From positions 5,593,303-5,657,302 of the forward strand of contig OZ316896.1 of assembly GCA_973895155.1 (NCBI GenBank): a stretch of 64,000 nucleotides of DNA, written 5' to 3'. Shown here piece after piece: positions 1 to 14,700 of the stretch. Made by a program: the position numbers and the translations under genes. The stretch's first letter is position 1. Each line of letters begins with the position of its first letter. This DNA is from Marsupella aquatica (lineage: Eukaryota > Plantae > Marchantiophyta). The notes under the pieces are model-generated. The model saw only the letters and a program-made list of their open reading frames with translations, did no database searches and was not told the origin of the DNA.

Positions 1-34
1 ATACTACGGGAGAACAAACAATGAAAGAAGAAAA

Positions 35-1080
35 TTAGAAATTGAGGAATCTACGAATCAAGTTTACAGTCTCTGGTAAGAATTGACTCCACAGTGTGAG
101 ATAACCAGTTGTTCCTATTGTGTAGCTTTGTGTTGTCCTCCACTTTTTCTCGTCGTTGAGGATGACTACCTTTATGAAAGATTGAAACAAGTGCACTTTG
201 TTTGACCTGACAGAAACAAACATAGCTCAGGTGTTTTGAGATTTAATAAGAACCTCCCTAAAACTAGGAACCCTCGATCTTTAACAGAAGCCATTTGTAA
301 GGAACATATTGTACTTATGTCTCTCCGCGCGCCAGGGATGGTGTCTCGTTAAGCTCCAAGTACTCTGGAGGCGGGTGCACCCAAGATCTGGTAGTATGCG
401 GCATCTGTGAATCTATTGTTGTGTAGCTTGCATCCTCCTCCAATTTTTCTTGAGGATGACTACTTTTATGAAAGATTGAAAGAAGTGCACAGGAAAAAGC
501 ATAGCTCAGGTGGTTTGAGGTCTATCTAACAAGAGCCTCGCTAAGAATTACGAACCCTCAACCTTTTGACAGAAGCCTTTTGTGAGGAACACCCTTATGT
601 CTTCCCGCGCATCAGGTATCGTATGGTATGATCTCGTAAAGCTCCAAGTGAGTACTCTAAAGGCGGATGCACCCAAGAATGTAACGCTTTCGCAGAACCG
701 ACAGTCGTCTGCGGCATCGTTCAATTCACTTGGTCCAGAGCAATCCGATAATTAGCAATCCCCAAAATTGAAAGATTGAAAGAATCGCACTTTGCGGTAC
801 CAGAGAGAAATTAGCTTAGCTCAGATATCGTCAAGCTCAGAACACCGTCCTGAACTATGCTAATTTCTCTCGTCAAGCTCCAAGTACCCGATGCACCCAA
901 AAGTTGAAAGATTGAAAGAAGTGCACTTTGCGGTACCTGAGAGAAATTAGCTTACCTCAGATATCGTCAAGCTCAGAACACCGTCCTGAACTGTGCTAAT
1001 TTCTCTCGTCAAGCTCCAAGTACCCGATGCACCCAAGAATGTAACGCTTGGCAGAACCGGAAGCTCACAGTCGTCTGGGG
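35..1080. repeat. Degenerate tandem/dispersed repeat cluster
   Basis: AAAGATTGAAAGAA(G/T)..CAC, AAGCTCCAAGTAC and GATGCACCCAAGA recur at ~177, ~470, ~770 and ~905. A near-exact ~130-bp duplication lies at ~768-900 / ~903-1030. Confidence 0.7.
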
Positions 1081-1759
1081 CATCGTTGAGACTACTTTTT
1101 GGGTCCAAAGAAATCTGGTTGGAAATCCCAAAGCACGGGAGGGCCGGCTCAGATTCTTCCCGGAGACCGGGAGAATGGACGGAGGGGGGCACTCGCGAAT
1201 GGGCAACAGAGCAAAACTGTCGTTTGGTTATGAGGGAACCGTACAGAGCGAGAGTGGTCTGTACAGTTGGAGGGAGAGGAAGGAAGTAGGCGCGAATGGA
1301 TCTCAGCCGTGGGAGGATCCGGGCGTGAACGGCGGATGGGCGGGCGCGGGAAAGGCGGGCCGTTACTGGGGTTTTCTGTCCGCCTACTGGAGTACTGGGG
1401 TTTTCTGTCCGTCACTCCTTTTCCTTGCGGTTAAATAATTGCAGTGTACGTTGCAGTGTACGTGACCCATAGTGTCCCAGTCAGGAGGTTTCGCGGTTTC
1501 TCCTTTTTAGCAGGTGGGTGCCCGACTGCCCGGGGGAGATACCAGACATTATTATTATCATTTTTCTGATGATCCTCAACCTTCGTAGGGTCAGATTATT
1601 ATTATTTTTATTATTATTTCAGATTAAAATATGACATATATTTAATGTTTTTATTACTATCATAAAATTTCTTATTATTTAAAAATAAATTAGTGCACTC
1701 CATATATTATCAGATTTTGATGTGTTATTACCTGCTCTGTGATTGCATAATTGAAATGT

Positions 1760-2195
1760 TCAGGGTGACCCTGTCCCCTTTATTCTGGGTCCTGATTACT
1801 TATTTAGGGCCGCCTGGGCAAGAGAGCATGTAGGGTAACCATCCTTTTGGGCCCTGAAAAAGGGATGGATTATCAAGTGTAAACAGGATAAGTCTGTGAG
1901 AAGTTTAGCGTGGCCCTGGCCCTGGCCCCTTCTGGGTCCTGATCTTTGTTTTGGGCTGCCTCAGCAAGAGATGATGTAGGGTAACCATTCTCTTGAAGGG
2001 ACATTGAAGAGAAGATGGGTTATGGAGCGAGGACAGGATAGGAAAGTTGGGGATGGGGTGCCTGGGCACTGAAGAGATGATGTAGAGTAATCATCCTCTT
2101 TGAAGAGGAGATGGGTTATGAAGCAAACTAAATAAGTTATAGCAAAATTGGGGGTGACCCTGGCCCCTTCTGGATCCTGGTTCCTTGTTTTGGAG
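1760..2195. repeat. Degenerate ~170-200 bp repeat (about 3 partial copies)
   Basis: (GG)GTGACCCTG..CCCTT..CTGGGTCCTGAT and ATGTAGGGTAACCAT...GATGGGTTAT recur at ~1762, ~1910 and ~2150. Confidence 0.45.
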
Positions 2196-3037
2196 ACAAT
2201 TGGGTTTTCGCCATTGAAATTGATGGTCCCCAGCTTATTCAATGTTGATGATTTGAGTCTTTGGAACAATTTTTCTTGCAATGTTTAAAACTTGGAGACA
2301 CATAGAATGCATATTCCATAAACATTCTAGGCATTTTGGTCTGTTTACATGTTATTTTATGGTATTGGCCTAGAATTTGAAAAGAAAAATAAAATCACAT
2401 TTTGTCGCATGGAATGCAGGAACCCGGGGTCCCTTTTGAAAAGCAGACATTATACGGCCCAAACTAATTGAACAGAAAAAGAAAAACAATACCTCGGGAC
2501 TTGGCTCCCCTGGCCCTCGGGAGTTGGCCGACCCGCCCTGACCCCGGTTCCGGTCCCGGTTCACGTAAAGCCGGTGGCCCCCCCCGTCTCCCAACAAATT
2601 CACCAGAAACACCTGCCACATGCAATCTGTGGCTTCCACGTACCAACCGGGTTTGAACGCTTCTAAGACTCCCTACAGTAACACCCATATCATACAAACA
2701 TTCGTGTAACTGAAATTCTTCAGAAGCCGTCGATTATATAGATCGAAGGTCGAGATCGTTCAGATCTGGGAAACTCCTCCTCGCTTACAGTCGCCGCTGG
2801 ACGTAATCGGGCTACGGGGATAAGCTCCGGAGGGCTGGATTATGACGCGCCTACTCTGGTAGACGTTTTACGGCTGTTTCGAACTATGATAGTACGGTCC
2901 TTGCTGCTGTTCCCAACGACCATGAATATTCGCGAGTGACGCCTTGTGTTACAGGTAAAGTGGACTAGTGGAGTGAATTGAAGCTCACTGACAATTCGTC
3001 GTCGTCGGCGCTTTTTTTTGCTGTCTGGCAATTCGAT

Positions 3038-3075
3038 TAGTTGGTTGGTTGGGTCGTTCGTTCGTTCGTTCGTTC
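3038..3075. repeat. Compound microsatellite (GTTG)n/(TTCG)n upstream of the MYB gene
   Basis: AGTTGGTTGGTTGGGTCGTTCGTTCGTTCGTTCGTTC read directly. Confidence 0.8.
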
Positions 3076-5153
3076 ATCGTCGGTAAGCTGATTTTGACCA
3101 CGCTGGTTGTTGATTTCTGTGATGCACTGATGCTTCTCGTCGCTGCGGCTCCGTCTTTGAGCTTTCCTGAATGAGTGGAGTCTCTCCTTTCGGCTTCCTT
3201 CTGCTGTTTCGTCGTTGCGTCTTTTGGGAATGTGAAATTGAGCGAGCGATGAGAGTTCGTTCGGTGCTTGTGTGGGCAGTGTCTGTTCCCATGTCACTCT
3301 GTGTCCATCCGAGGATGTGCAATTGAGCGGGTGATGGTGTAGCACGGCGTAGTTCGAGTCTGTGTTTGTGTGGAGCTCTCCGTGTTTCTTTGGGCTTGAC
3401 TTGCTGCCCAACTGATTGAGGGAGCGAGGAGAAAGGTGATCATTCGGCATTTCCTGATGTAGCGCACGCTCTGTGTTCGCTTCGGTGACGCTGCTGGCCC
3501 TCTCTCTGTGCCACTTCACTTTCGTACACGTGAATTTGAGCAAGCAAGAGGCGATGGTTGGCAAAGACATTTGCTTCATCTCAGAGCTGACTTTCGGTGA
3601 TGAATAAGGCAATTCGAGGTGGCTTGGAACAGCTATCTTTAGTTGGGTGAGCGAATGAGGTATGTTTATCTGTTGTCCTTTCCCGTTCGCTGGTCTTGCT
3701 TCTTGTTCTAGTCCGAATAAGGCTGTGTTCGTGAGATGTTTCCTCTTTCTCTCTCTGTGTCTGTGGCTGACCGTCCGAGGACGAGCCACCGGCCGACAAG
3801 GCAGTTGCAGAGTCTTGGGGTCCTTTTTTTGCTCGGCTTGCGAATGAATTGTTTCGTGCTGTTTTGGAACAATGCGGTGTCTCGAATGACAGGTGATCTC
3901 TGAAGAGGAAGTTCCACAATACCCTGGAGATGCCTCACTCCAAACGCAAAACACTCACCTTGTTAGTGGTGTCCTGTCTAGAAATCAGATAAAGAATACT
4001 CCCTCCCGAAGATTTGGACGACCAGATTCCTCACAATATTATGCTTAGAACGTAGATCCTAGCAGACTTCTTACTCACGCAGGCAATAAGGTAACACGCA
4101 CCTCAATTGTTGCACCGACTTCTCGAATGTGGGCCTCCTTCTCTTGGAGTCTCTGAGTGCTCCCGTCCTGACTCCAGCGCGGGCTCTGTTTTTGTTTCCA
4201 AAGCGCCTTATCATTCACTGATTCAAAGCAAATGCATATTGCCACAACTTGCAACGTGAACTATTTGATGCTTTTAAGATTATGTAACTGGAAGTGAAGG
4301 AAGTTTACCGGAGCCCTTTGCGATGCGTGATGCTCTTGAGAAACGTGCCTGCGGGGAAAAAAGCAACAATTCAACAAGAGCCATTTTAATCCGGAGTTTC
4401 TTCTGAGCTTAAACGTGAATGGTTCATTATCCAACCACGTGAACTCTCAGATTTTGCATTAACTTCACTTCAGATCGAGTGGCAATGAAGAGTCCTCTAA
4501 TGTATTCGCTCTACATTAATTTGCACACGTATTCAAGATTTGGATTTTGTTTCTGCTCTTCACTAAACGCAGCAGTGAATCCCATGGTCCAGGTACCCCG
4601 GCCAAGCGTTTGCAATTCAGGTTACTTGTCTTTCGATCTCACCAAACACAGGAGCTTAGGGGTGCGAGTTTGTGCATGATCCGGGTATGTACAGAAATAG
4701 ACCGAGTGACATATATGAGATGACCAGCATGCTGTGGAGCTTCTTACGTTTTTGAAGGTGTGCCTTATGCGTGGAGTTGCAGGTAGCTGACTTTCTTCTT
4801 GCCTCTTTCCCATCTGGCTATTGCGCCAAATCTAGAGCATAAATTGTAATTGTGGATGAAGATTTCTATAGCTATCACTTTTTCTATTTGTGCTCGTTAT
4901 TTGTATGCTACCTCCTTCTAGTCTCTGTTCCATATGTTCAGTCGAGTCAGGGGCCTTGAAAGGTACTCAGCGGCCGTCTCTTTAAATGTCTCTGTCCACC
5001 CCTCTTGTCCTTACGATGTTTGCACTGTACAGTACCAGATTTGGACCTTTTCCTTACTTCTGAACGTCTGAAATGGATGCAGCAGCGGTTCTTTTCGGCT
5101 CACAGGACTTATGGTGGCTGATGTGCATATTGTAGGTAGATGCCAGAGCAGAA

Positions 5154-7356
5154 ATGAAAGGACGAGGAGGAGGAGGACAGGCAGTTGATGATCGTATCAA
5201 AGGACCTTGGTCGCCAGAGGAGGACGTGATTCTCAACAAGCTGGTAGAGAAATTTGGGGCCAGGAATTGGAGCTTGATTGCCCGGGGAATACCAGGGCGT
5301 TCTGGGAAATCCTGTCGCTTACGCTGGTGCAATCAGCTGAACCCTGGTGTCAAACGCAAACCATTCACAGGTAACTGTGCTTCCGGGCCCATTTCCTTTT
5401 TGTACCCTTCTTTTTGTGTCTAGAGTTGAATTCTTGTCCTTAAACATGACGCGGGGGTTATTCCTCGTATGTCTTCCGTTGTGGTGTTTCTGCTTTGGGG
5501 TTGAGGGCGCCAGGTTCTCACCATCAAGGTTAAGTCTTGGTTTTTTGTTCTTCATTGTGTGTGACTTCTTGTTTTAGATCCGATCGGTTGGCTTGCTTTG
5601 AGCTTTGTTTTCCACAGTTATGTACATTCTGGCCGTCCACTGGGTCCCAAATCGAAAGAGACAACGACCATTATGTCAAGCTTTAATCATCCGTTTACTC
5701 TTGCACCTTCACGTGAAAGTGCAGTCAGTTAATCCGTCATGGTATCTTTCGTGGCCCAGAAATATGTGGGACTGCTCGTTCCACAAGTAGGTTTGAGCAG
5801 AGGAACGAACCGAACACGGTCCCCGATCATTCAATTTCTACTCATTCAATTTGTACTTGCAATTCATTTGCCTTTCAGTCATTTATGTATTCTATGTCTT
5901 GCAGGTGTTTGCTGCATTGCAGACATTAGATCCCTTTAGACGGAAAGGCTCTATTAAACGTCTCTAGTTGTGAACGTGGATATCAATGACTCGCCGGACA
6001 AGACCATGAATTCATTCCAACCGTCCATTCAATGTCTGTAGTAACCATCTGGTTGTTAACTAACATAGTTGTGGCGTACCTCAGATGATTTAATATATGT
6101 TCTAATAATCGGCTCGCATTTGTGTTGCAGACGAAGAAGATCAGAAAATCGTCGATGCTCACGCTATTCATGGTAACAAATGGGCCTCAATAGCTAGGAT
6201 GTTGCCTGGGCGAACTGACAATGCAATAAAGAATCATTGGAATTCCACATTGCGTCGCAAGTATGCTGGTGAATATCGGGGCCGGAAGGAGGGCTCCTCA
6301 GATGGGTCTGAAAAGCCGAAAGAGGAACTAAGTGACACAGATCCCAGTAACACGGGTGGGCACGAGGAGGAAATTAGGATTGATGGAGGCGAAGATGACT
6401 CTGGCCGAGACGGTGAGGAGCGGGATGTTTCATCGGAACGATCATGGCCTTCATTTCAGCGTCTTGGAGCCGCGAGGAGTTTAAAGGTAGAGACACTCGA
6501 TTCGAGGAACAGTGCTGCAGGGGCCAGTTTTACACCAGACACTAAAAACATTATTCATGGCCGTTCAGAAGGAAATGACGAAGTGCGACCATGCTTCCCA
6601 GCATCATCAACTGCTGCCGTACCCTTAATAAGACCAGTTCCTCAAGTTGTTCCTCGGCCAAGTGCGTTCAGCAGTTACAATCCAAACAAGATGAGGCCTC
6701 CAATTCTCAAGGAGGAGACCGTTCTTCGCCCTTCTTATATCTCTCCTCCTGCATTCACGAATTTTGAAGAAGAAAGTTCAAAGTTTAACGCCCCCAAAGT
6801 TCTTTCGCCTTCGATGATGTACCCTCAGTTTGGGCGGAGTATTCCCGAAGTGCCCAGTCATTGCGGGAGAGGATGCTGTCCACCGCCAGCTGGTAGTGGC
6901 AAATTTGGTGATCACAACATCTCTCCAAAGAGTCCGCTCATGGGACCTGATTATGTGGAGTTTGCGGAAGACGCTTTTTCAGCAGGCAGTGTACCAGGAT
7001 TCAATGGAATAGGCAGAAATTTTGGTGGGTTGAGTAGCGGTTGGAGGTCTGTTGGGAACAGCCCTGTAGCCGGTGGAGGTGGAATGAAAAGACCTCCCGA
7101 AGGCTCCGCGAAGCAAGCCTCGGAAGTTCTCTCTGCTGCCATCAATGCAGCTGTGGCCCAAATGATGTTGCCTATGTTTCAGGCCCAGCTTTGTCCAGAT
7201 AAATGGCCAATTCCAGATGCCCCCCTAACTCAAGGAGGCAATCAACTGGTGGAGATCATGCGGGAAATTGTGGCTCGTGAAATTTCACAGTATACATCAA
7301 TGATTGTTCAAGCCCACCACTCTGCTACCGATGGAACTAAACAGCAGAATCACTGA
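5154..7356 (+). CDS. R2R3-MYB transcription factor (AtMYB1/25/109-like); exons 5154-5370 and 6131-7356
   Basis: R2 [12 protein letters not shown]...[31 protein letters not shown] intron (5371-6130) joins PFT|DEED to R3 [32 protein letters not shown] long low-complexity C-terminus follows. Confidence 0.95.
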
Positions 7357-8760
7357 TGTTCTTTTTATTCTTGTTCGCCTCAGGTTTGGTTGTTTCCACT
7401 AGCTGTGAACCTGTAGTCCTTAGCCACTTTGTAACATATCCAAGAAACTCAGGGAAGGTTGTAAAATTGGAGTTCGAGGATTTGCTAGCAACAACTGGCA
7501 CTGCGAGATTGCTCAAAATGCAGGCAATTTTGTGGAGGTATTTATAGGTTTGGTTGTACTGAGGTGACTTTTAGTAAAGACACAACTAAAGGCTATTGTC
7601 AGTGCCAGGTAGCAAAGAATATGATGGCTAGTGGCCAGGATCTGGAGCTGCGAGTTTGTCATGAATGGTTACGTTGACCATTAGATTACTTTTATCCATT
7701 CATGGCACACTGCATGCTTATGGAACGCTCATCTTCGTAATTCTTTGGAATCATGTTAGGAAAAGCGATCTTTCTTTAGCACCTCTCTGTACTCCGTCAG
7801 ACGCCAAGCATGACTCAAGGTGTGGGCAGCTCAGCAAGAACCGCTTCCAGCAGACTTTGTCAGGTGGTAGTACAAGAGTGGCCATCCCAAATCCAACCAC
7901 TTACTGTAGTAAGAACAGAGTTTTCTCAATTCAGTCAAACGCCGGGACGAGGAGACACTTTGACGGATTTTAATGCTGGTTTTGGAGAAAATAGTGTTCC
8001 CGTGCCTTCCAAGAAGGAGGAAAGGAATGACAAAAAGTCCTTCCCAGACTTTCTCTAGTCATTATTCGTGTAAACTTTTGTAGAGATATTTGCAATCTTC
8101 TCCTCAACAGACCACTAGATAGAATCTTGAACCTCTGAATTCAAAGCTAGCAAAAGCAGAATTTCTGCAGTCCTGTCTAAGCAGGTCCGTTCTTGACCAA
8201 AACAATTGCTTGAAGCCAAATTTTGAGCTTCAAAATACATGGGAGTTATTTTGCATTCATGGTGTGAAATCAGGAAGAATCAAGATGTGGAACAACCCTG
8301 TTGGTAACTTTCAACTACACTACGTCACACTCAATACACTGAAATGCCAATTTTCTATGGATGTGCAAGAAACATGGATCTTAGCTACGAAAATTATGAT
8401 AAAGATGTGGCAGTCATCATTCCCCTTCTAGTCCTCTTAAAACTGCAGGAGTCCCAATGTATGAATACTATACGCCGCTAGATAAGAAGAACCGTCGCAG
8501 AGTCGCACTTCATGCGGGACCCAACTCTGAGGTCAACACTCATCGGAGTAATTCTCAAGCATGACACCTAAACTGGGAAAAAGAGCATCGGGGGATTCGG
8601 GAGTACTAGAAATGACGTGCCACAAAAGGCCTACCTGTCCTCAATAATCTCGCGTAAAACTACTTGTTGCTCTAGGATCCAATGGGACAATGAGAACCAG
8701 TGGGTCTCCTAAAGCAGGGCAAAAACAAAAAAACTGTCCTCTACGTAAACTCAAGAACGA

Positions 8761-11700
8761 TTACATTTGGGGCCTGGTTTGTACAATGTAGAGTTCTCCA
8801 TCTTTAATGACACCCTCTATATCCTGAGGCGACCCATATAACTCTTCTATGGCTGCACCTGCGGCAGCAATCTTTGAAAGCACTGACTTTTGGAACTGTA
8901 GGTCTAGAAGCAAAGGGTCAGAAGAATAATCCACTACTTTCTCATCCTCTGAATCCATGGGTACACTGCATCACCACCAAAGAAAACAGACGTAGCTCAG
9001 AATATGTTGTATGACCGAGAAAATTTCTTCACAAACATAAAATACTGGAAACCTAACCAATTCATCATATATTCAAGACCCTAGCCAGTAATATGGTTAT
9101 AAACACATCCCTACATCCTTCCGGTCCCGGTAAGATTTAATCGACTTGTTCAAAAGCATGAAAATTTACCCGCCATGACTTGAAACTCCATATTACGTTC
9201 ATGAACATCCTCGAATCTGTGTTACTTATCCATCTTTGCCACGAAGTTTCTAGCATTTTTCGCTTCTCTCACTAGTTCTCTTCGGAAAAATGGGGCACAA
9301 ATAATAAACATTGCCATGACTGATGGGTGGAGAGGTTATCATGTACTGTACCTGTCATACAGTCCAGCCCCGGCATACCCCTCCAGATCTTCACCATTGG
9401 AGTCCGACCTGAATATTATTGACTGCTTGATGAATAATCCAATTCGCTTACTAGGAAATCCTTGGATGATAGGCGTACTGAGATCAGATTTTTTTGCGAT
9501 GAAACTCAGTGCACGCCCTGAATATGCACCGACAAGAGTCTCGCCCAGTCCCTTGACCACCTGTTCACACGGTTAAAGGTATAAGACACATCGCACGATT
9601 CCACTTGTGGCCACATTAATCTATTGCTTTTGAAGGAAACAGGAGCAATTCATACAGGTTGTCTTTTTGGGGGGGCAGGCGGGGGCCGGGAAGCAGAGAT
9701 AAACTATGTCCATCTGTTTCAAGTTCAAACTTCATCATATACCTCGGCATAAATCTCGGAGGAGTCTTCTGTAGATGGGTTCGTCGTATGTATCACAAAT
9801 GCGTAGTCGGCGCGAATGATTTCTTGTACTAGAACTGACATGCAAAGATCACTGTGATCAATCTTCACTTTTCGAGTGCTGAAGTAGGCCCTTTCATTCC
9901 ACTTAGATCCCCAAACCTTCTTGATGGCTGTCCAAGCTTGCTCCCATCTTTCCTCACTTTCATCTCCAGGCCATGGCATGTCGGAACCTTTTAGAGTAGT
10001 CTTCAGCTCTTCTACCAGAGCTGGAGGAGCCTGCAGTCTCAAGACTGTCTCTCGAGCATCTTTAAGCTTGTGGAAGTCACCAGCTGCCAAGTCCTTCTGC
10101 AGAGTAGCAAGGTCTGCCGCTACATCCTTGTTAATAGGTTCAGCGAGCACTTTCTCAAACACTCCAAAGGGCAATGCCACTGATGTTGGAAGTTTTACCC
10201 AGGCTGGCAGCTTCCCCCTCAAGTGTGCAATGTTTCGCGATTTAGCACCAACCAATTCGGGAGTGAAATCGTCGGCTGGAACGGCATACTTTCCAGCGAA
10301 AGTTTTCTTCGTTAAGGTGATGTTGGGCGGAGGTGCGCTGTCGGCAGTTGCAGTGCCCGTCCCTGATAATTCCGATACAGCAATTTCACTGCATCCACAT
10401 GTCCTCATCATCAGCCCATAAAGAGTGGAACGATATCGTCCGATGACACACGCAACAACAGTATTTCAGAAAATCTCTCGTAAAGTGGAATGCAGTAATC
10501 TGTACCTGTATTTCAGATCAGTGCCGGTAAGTTGAATTTTGATGGCCTTGCCTTTCAATTTCCGGAGGTCAGCTAGAACGTCCGAATCGAAACAGGTGGC
10601 AAACAAAATCTGTTAATGGATGACAGCACAAGGTAGCAATTTAGTAAAACTAAATTTCACTGAAAATGCAAGAGTCCAACGTTTCGATCAGCATTGTAAC
10701 CACGCAATCACCTGCAGAGATCATCAAGCGCAGGAAGTACAGCGAGGGACTGGGAGAACGAAAATCGAAAGTATCACAGTCGGACAGGCTGACGGTTAAC
10801 AATCACAAACACATTTATGGCCAACGATTCCAGCCCAGCACTATTTGCTCTGCCAGCTCCAAAGTAATCTTACATAAATTCATGCCCATTCATTATGTGT
10901 TTAGGACCCGAGCTCCAAACTGAGCGATACATTTATATCTCTAGCTTTGATCGTTCTTGCAGATAGTTTGTCGAAGATTGACACAGCTGAATCAGCTGTA
11001 TGACAGTGGCAAAGCAATTACCTTGCCATTTCGAGCTCTCACTGACACATGGGAGAGAATGTCGGGCATGTCAGGAGTGAGAACTGCCACTGCACCATCA
11101 GGTATCTCCTCCTCTCCCCGAACTCTGCCGGCCACCAAAATGGTTGGCTTGTCGTAAACTTTATCTTCAACCGACAAAAGTTCGTCGACAACCACAACTT
11201 CACCTTGAGTCTCCACCGGGCTAATAACTTGCCAACTGTACAACGGAAAAACTATGATCACTATGGATGTGTACCAATTCGCAAACATCGCAAACATACA
11301 CATCTTCTGCAATTTTAATACTGCCCAAATGCTTACAGCAAATCACAGGTTACCTGCCCATGTGTGCCTCCTTGCGAATAACAGGGTCTAAGCGGTTGAG
11401 AAGAAGAGAGAGCGAGGCTGCTGAGCCACCCCTGATCATTTCCTCCGTGAAAATGTCAATCTGCAAGAGACAAGAAATCCCTGATTTTAATGAGTAGCCC
11501 TTGCTCAGAAAAGTCTCGGAAGCCCTATTATTGCTTTGAAGAGGGTGAGGACTTCATGGTTAAGGTAAACAGGATGTGATCGGGACGGTACTTACAGCCC
11601 ATTGTTCAACCCCAAGCAAAGTTCCGAGATATTCTGCAGTTGGTTGCAGTAGTAGTTGGTAGTGCTCTGCCTTTTCTTGCAGTGCCAAACGTGTTCGGTC

Positions 11701-14700
11701 TAAAACTGCTTTGGCACGTAGAGCCCACTGATCAGCCTTAGTCTCGATCAGATTCATAACGCTGTACCAATCTTTCAATGTAAAAACGAGCTCCTCGTTG
11801 GTGTTGCTGGAGAGCGCTAGATTTTCCACCACCATGCTAATGATGTAAGAAAGCTCCTGCAGACGTTCACGTAGAATTCAATTAACTTCTACCGCAACAA
11901 AATTCTGTAACGATCACGATAGCAATTCCTCGCCAACAAGGGTAGTGGACATGTAATGTCGAACAGACATGCAAAATTAGTATTTCAGGAGGTAGACAAC
12001 ATATTCATAAGATAAGACCGAAATTGCACACAGCATAAGAGCAGCTTCTAAGGTAAGATAAAGGAGCTGAGCAGACAATACTTACTTTGGGGCTTGCGTT
12101 GTTCAAAGTCTCCAAGCCTCTTTCAACAACTGTCCGGACAGTCGAGTCGAGAGCCAGGTCCAGGAAAATGATATCTCGCAAACGATCATTTCCCTTCAGG
12201 AGGTTCGGTCTCAGCTCTCTCCGTGCTTCCAACAATCCCTGTATCGTGCGAGATAACATTTCAGTTTCGCCTAGATTATAACCTTTGTAAAGTACTCCAT
12301 CAATTCATCCTATTTACATCACTCCTATTGAAAACTCTACTGGGGTGAATGTGTCATAGGACTGGAGCTCGCGGGAGTGCTATTGCTGTATTGAAACATC
12401 AACTGTAGTGAATACTTCATATTGACCGAAGCTTGCAGGAGTGCTAATGCTGCAAATTTCAGGGAACCCATTGAAAGTACATACCTCCAATAATGGCACG
12501 ATGTCTCCCTTGTCTTCCACGCGGGACAGAACAAACCGCAACAAATCCTTCACAACACAAAGCGGATGACTAATTGAATGACTTTTCATGGTAAGGTCCG
12601 AAGACTACGTAAAATCTAAGATGTACACACACCGGAGGAAGAAAACTGACGAATGCCAATTGAAATACAAAACAAAAAAGTAGTTGAAAACACTGAAAGA
12701 TACAAATTGATCCAGAGATAATTAGCAGTCTCGTCGTTACCGGTAGGTCTTGTGACAGCCCGCTGATTGGATGGATTTGAACGCCTCCCATGAAGCCCTC
12801 ACCCTGTATCATGTCCTTTCAGAGATCAGCAACCGAAGTTGTTTGATAAATGCACAGAAGGAAAGGGCGGGTCAGAGGCATTCACGGATTAGTCCAGGGT
12901 ATACATACATCCGCAGAATAACCCATTGCGAGTGCAATTGCAGATTCCAAGTCGGCTCCAGAATGCACAGCCTGCATCATACACGCTAGTCATTAAGCAT
13001 CACCCAGGAATCTCATTTTTTGAAAATGCGGATCAAATACAGCAGCAATTTGAAATGGAGATTGTCAAAATTCCAGAGGAAATTATGCCAACTTGGAAGT
13101 CCCGTTCCATTCTTACCTTCAAAGTACGAAGATAGTTAGTCAAGTCCCGAGTAAGGCTGTCCTTCTCTTCACGTCGTAGCTTTGGTTCAGACACTATGGG
13201 CCTATCATAGCTTCTCATCCTCTCCTTCGTGACTCCATTATCGTTCAGTGACTTCCAGTAGACATCCATGTTGAAATCAGCTGCGATGAAGTCTAGAAGA
13301 GCCTGAAACATCCAGGAAGATGTTAGTCAAAGGAAGGAAGGAAAGTTGGGGATTATGAATTGCAAACGTCAATTCCAAGTCCAGCCGAAGTGTGGGAATG
13401 GCGCCACCTGACAGATGACTACATCGTCTGGACTGGTGTTGTTGTGAAGTTTTTGATGCCATTCTTCCATCATTCCCCCTTTAGCGTCATTGTTCCTCTG
13501 AACAACAAGAATTTCATCCCGAATTCGTTGGCCCACGTCACCTTGTCCTCCTCTACCCACGGTTGACATGATTAGCCTAACAATTTCGCGGTTTTGGGGT
13601 TGATCACGATAAGTGGACTGTAGAAGATCCGTCAACTTCTCCTGGGCAGCACTAATCTCTCTTGGCTTCACATTGTAGTTTTTGTTCCATGTCAATTGCC
13701 TGGTAGCCATGTATCGCAACCAGACAAGAATTCCGACTAATGCCAATTCTCCCTCATCCTTCGCACGTTGTGCAAATCCAGCTGTAATGTTATATCTGAG
13801 ACACGAAAACGAGGTTGTATTTTAACATCTTGTATTCTTTGAAACTCTTGCTTTCAGGGTGTTTTGCAGTCGAGTACAATTTTGTTTTGCAGAGCTGGCC
13901 AACTGCTAAGACATACACTCTCACCTGAAGAACAATACTTACCGATGCATCAAGGACCGTTCAGCCTCACTTTCCTGGCTTGCAATATCCTCCAAGAAAG
14001 CTTTGGCTGTCCCGCTTCCATCTCCGAGCGCCTGGTAATTGCCGATTAAGAACCAGACCTTAGTGACAACGATCCATCTACAAAGACTGAAAGTACGAAT
14101 ATACTTGGAGGAAGGATCTGAATTGCCCAGATCTGTTCATATCTGCAACAGAGTCAGAGCTCACCTTAGGTTTCTTTTGGTCAGCTGCCTTGAGAGTCAC
14201 ATAGTAGTCCCCACCATTGTCTTTCCACCAATCCTCTCCAACCTTGAAAAGGCATGGCATCCCAATGTAGTCGCTGTCGCCCAAGTTGATCTCCACGGAC
14301 TGATGAAACAAAACACGACAAGGCTTAAGCTAATATCCTGCCTTTCCTAAGGCAATGAGTACCAGGTCAGATGGTACGAACGCAACCAACAAAACCTCCA
14401 AACAGAAGTCCAGCTTGGGTATAGCATGAAGGTCGACAAATAACAAATCCTCAAGGAATAATGTATTCACAAAAGCTGAGGGCATCCCGTACCGTCCTGG
14501 AATCTAAAGGAGAACACAGGAAATGGAGGAAGTTGTTGTGCTACACAGCTCATCTCAAGAGAAAGACGAAAGTTTCTCTTTCTTCAGAAAAACAACGCCA
14601 TTTCAATAGATGTGAAGTACTCTGCTACGAAACTGTGTTCGTCTCAAACGTCTTTTAGCTCTCGAGAAACTAATCCTGAAGGTTCGCACATTATCCACCT

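Noticed and set aside
3037-3954. 305-aa minus-strand ORF
   Set aside because: No recognisable domain. It is the antisense of T/G-rich probable MYB 5' UTR/intron sequence and ends in a microsatellite.
9921-10421. Plus-strand ORFs overlapping GWD, and similar antisense ORFs over RT, cyclin H and SANTA exons
   Set aside because: They are antisense shadows of real coding exons.
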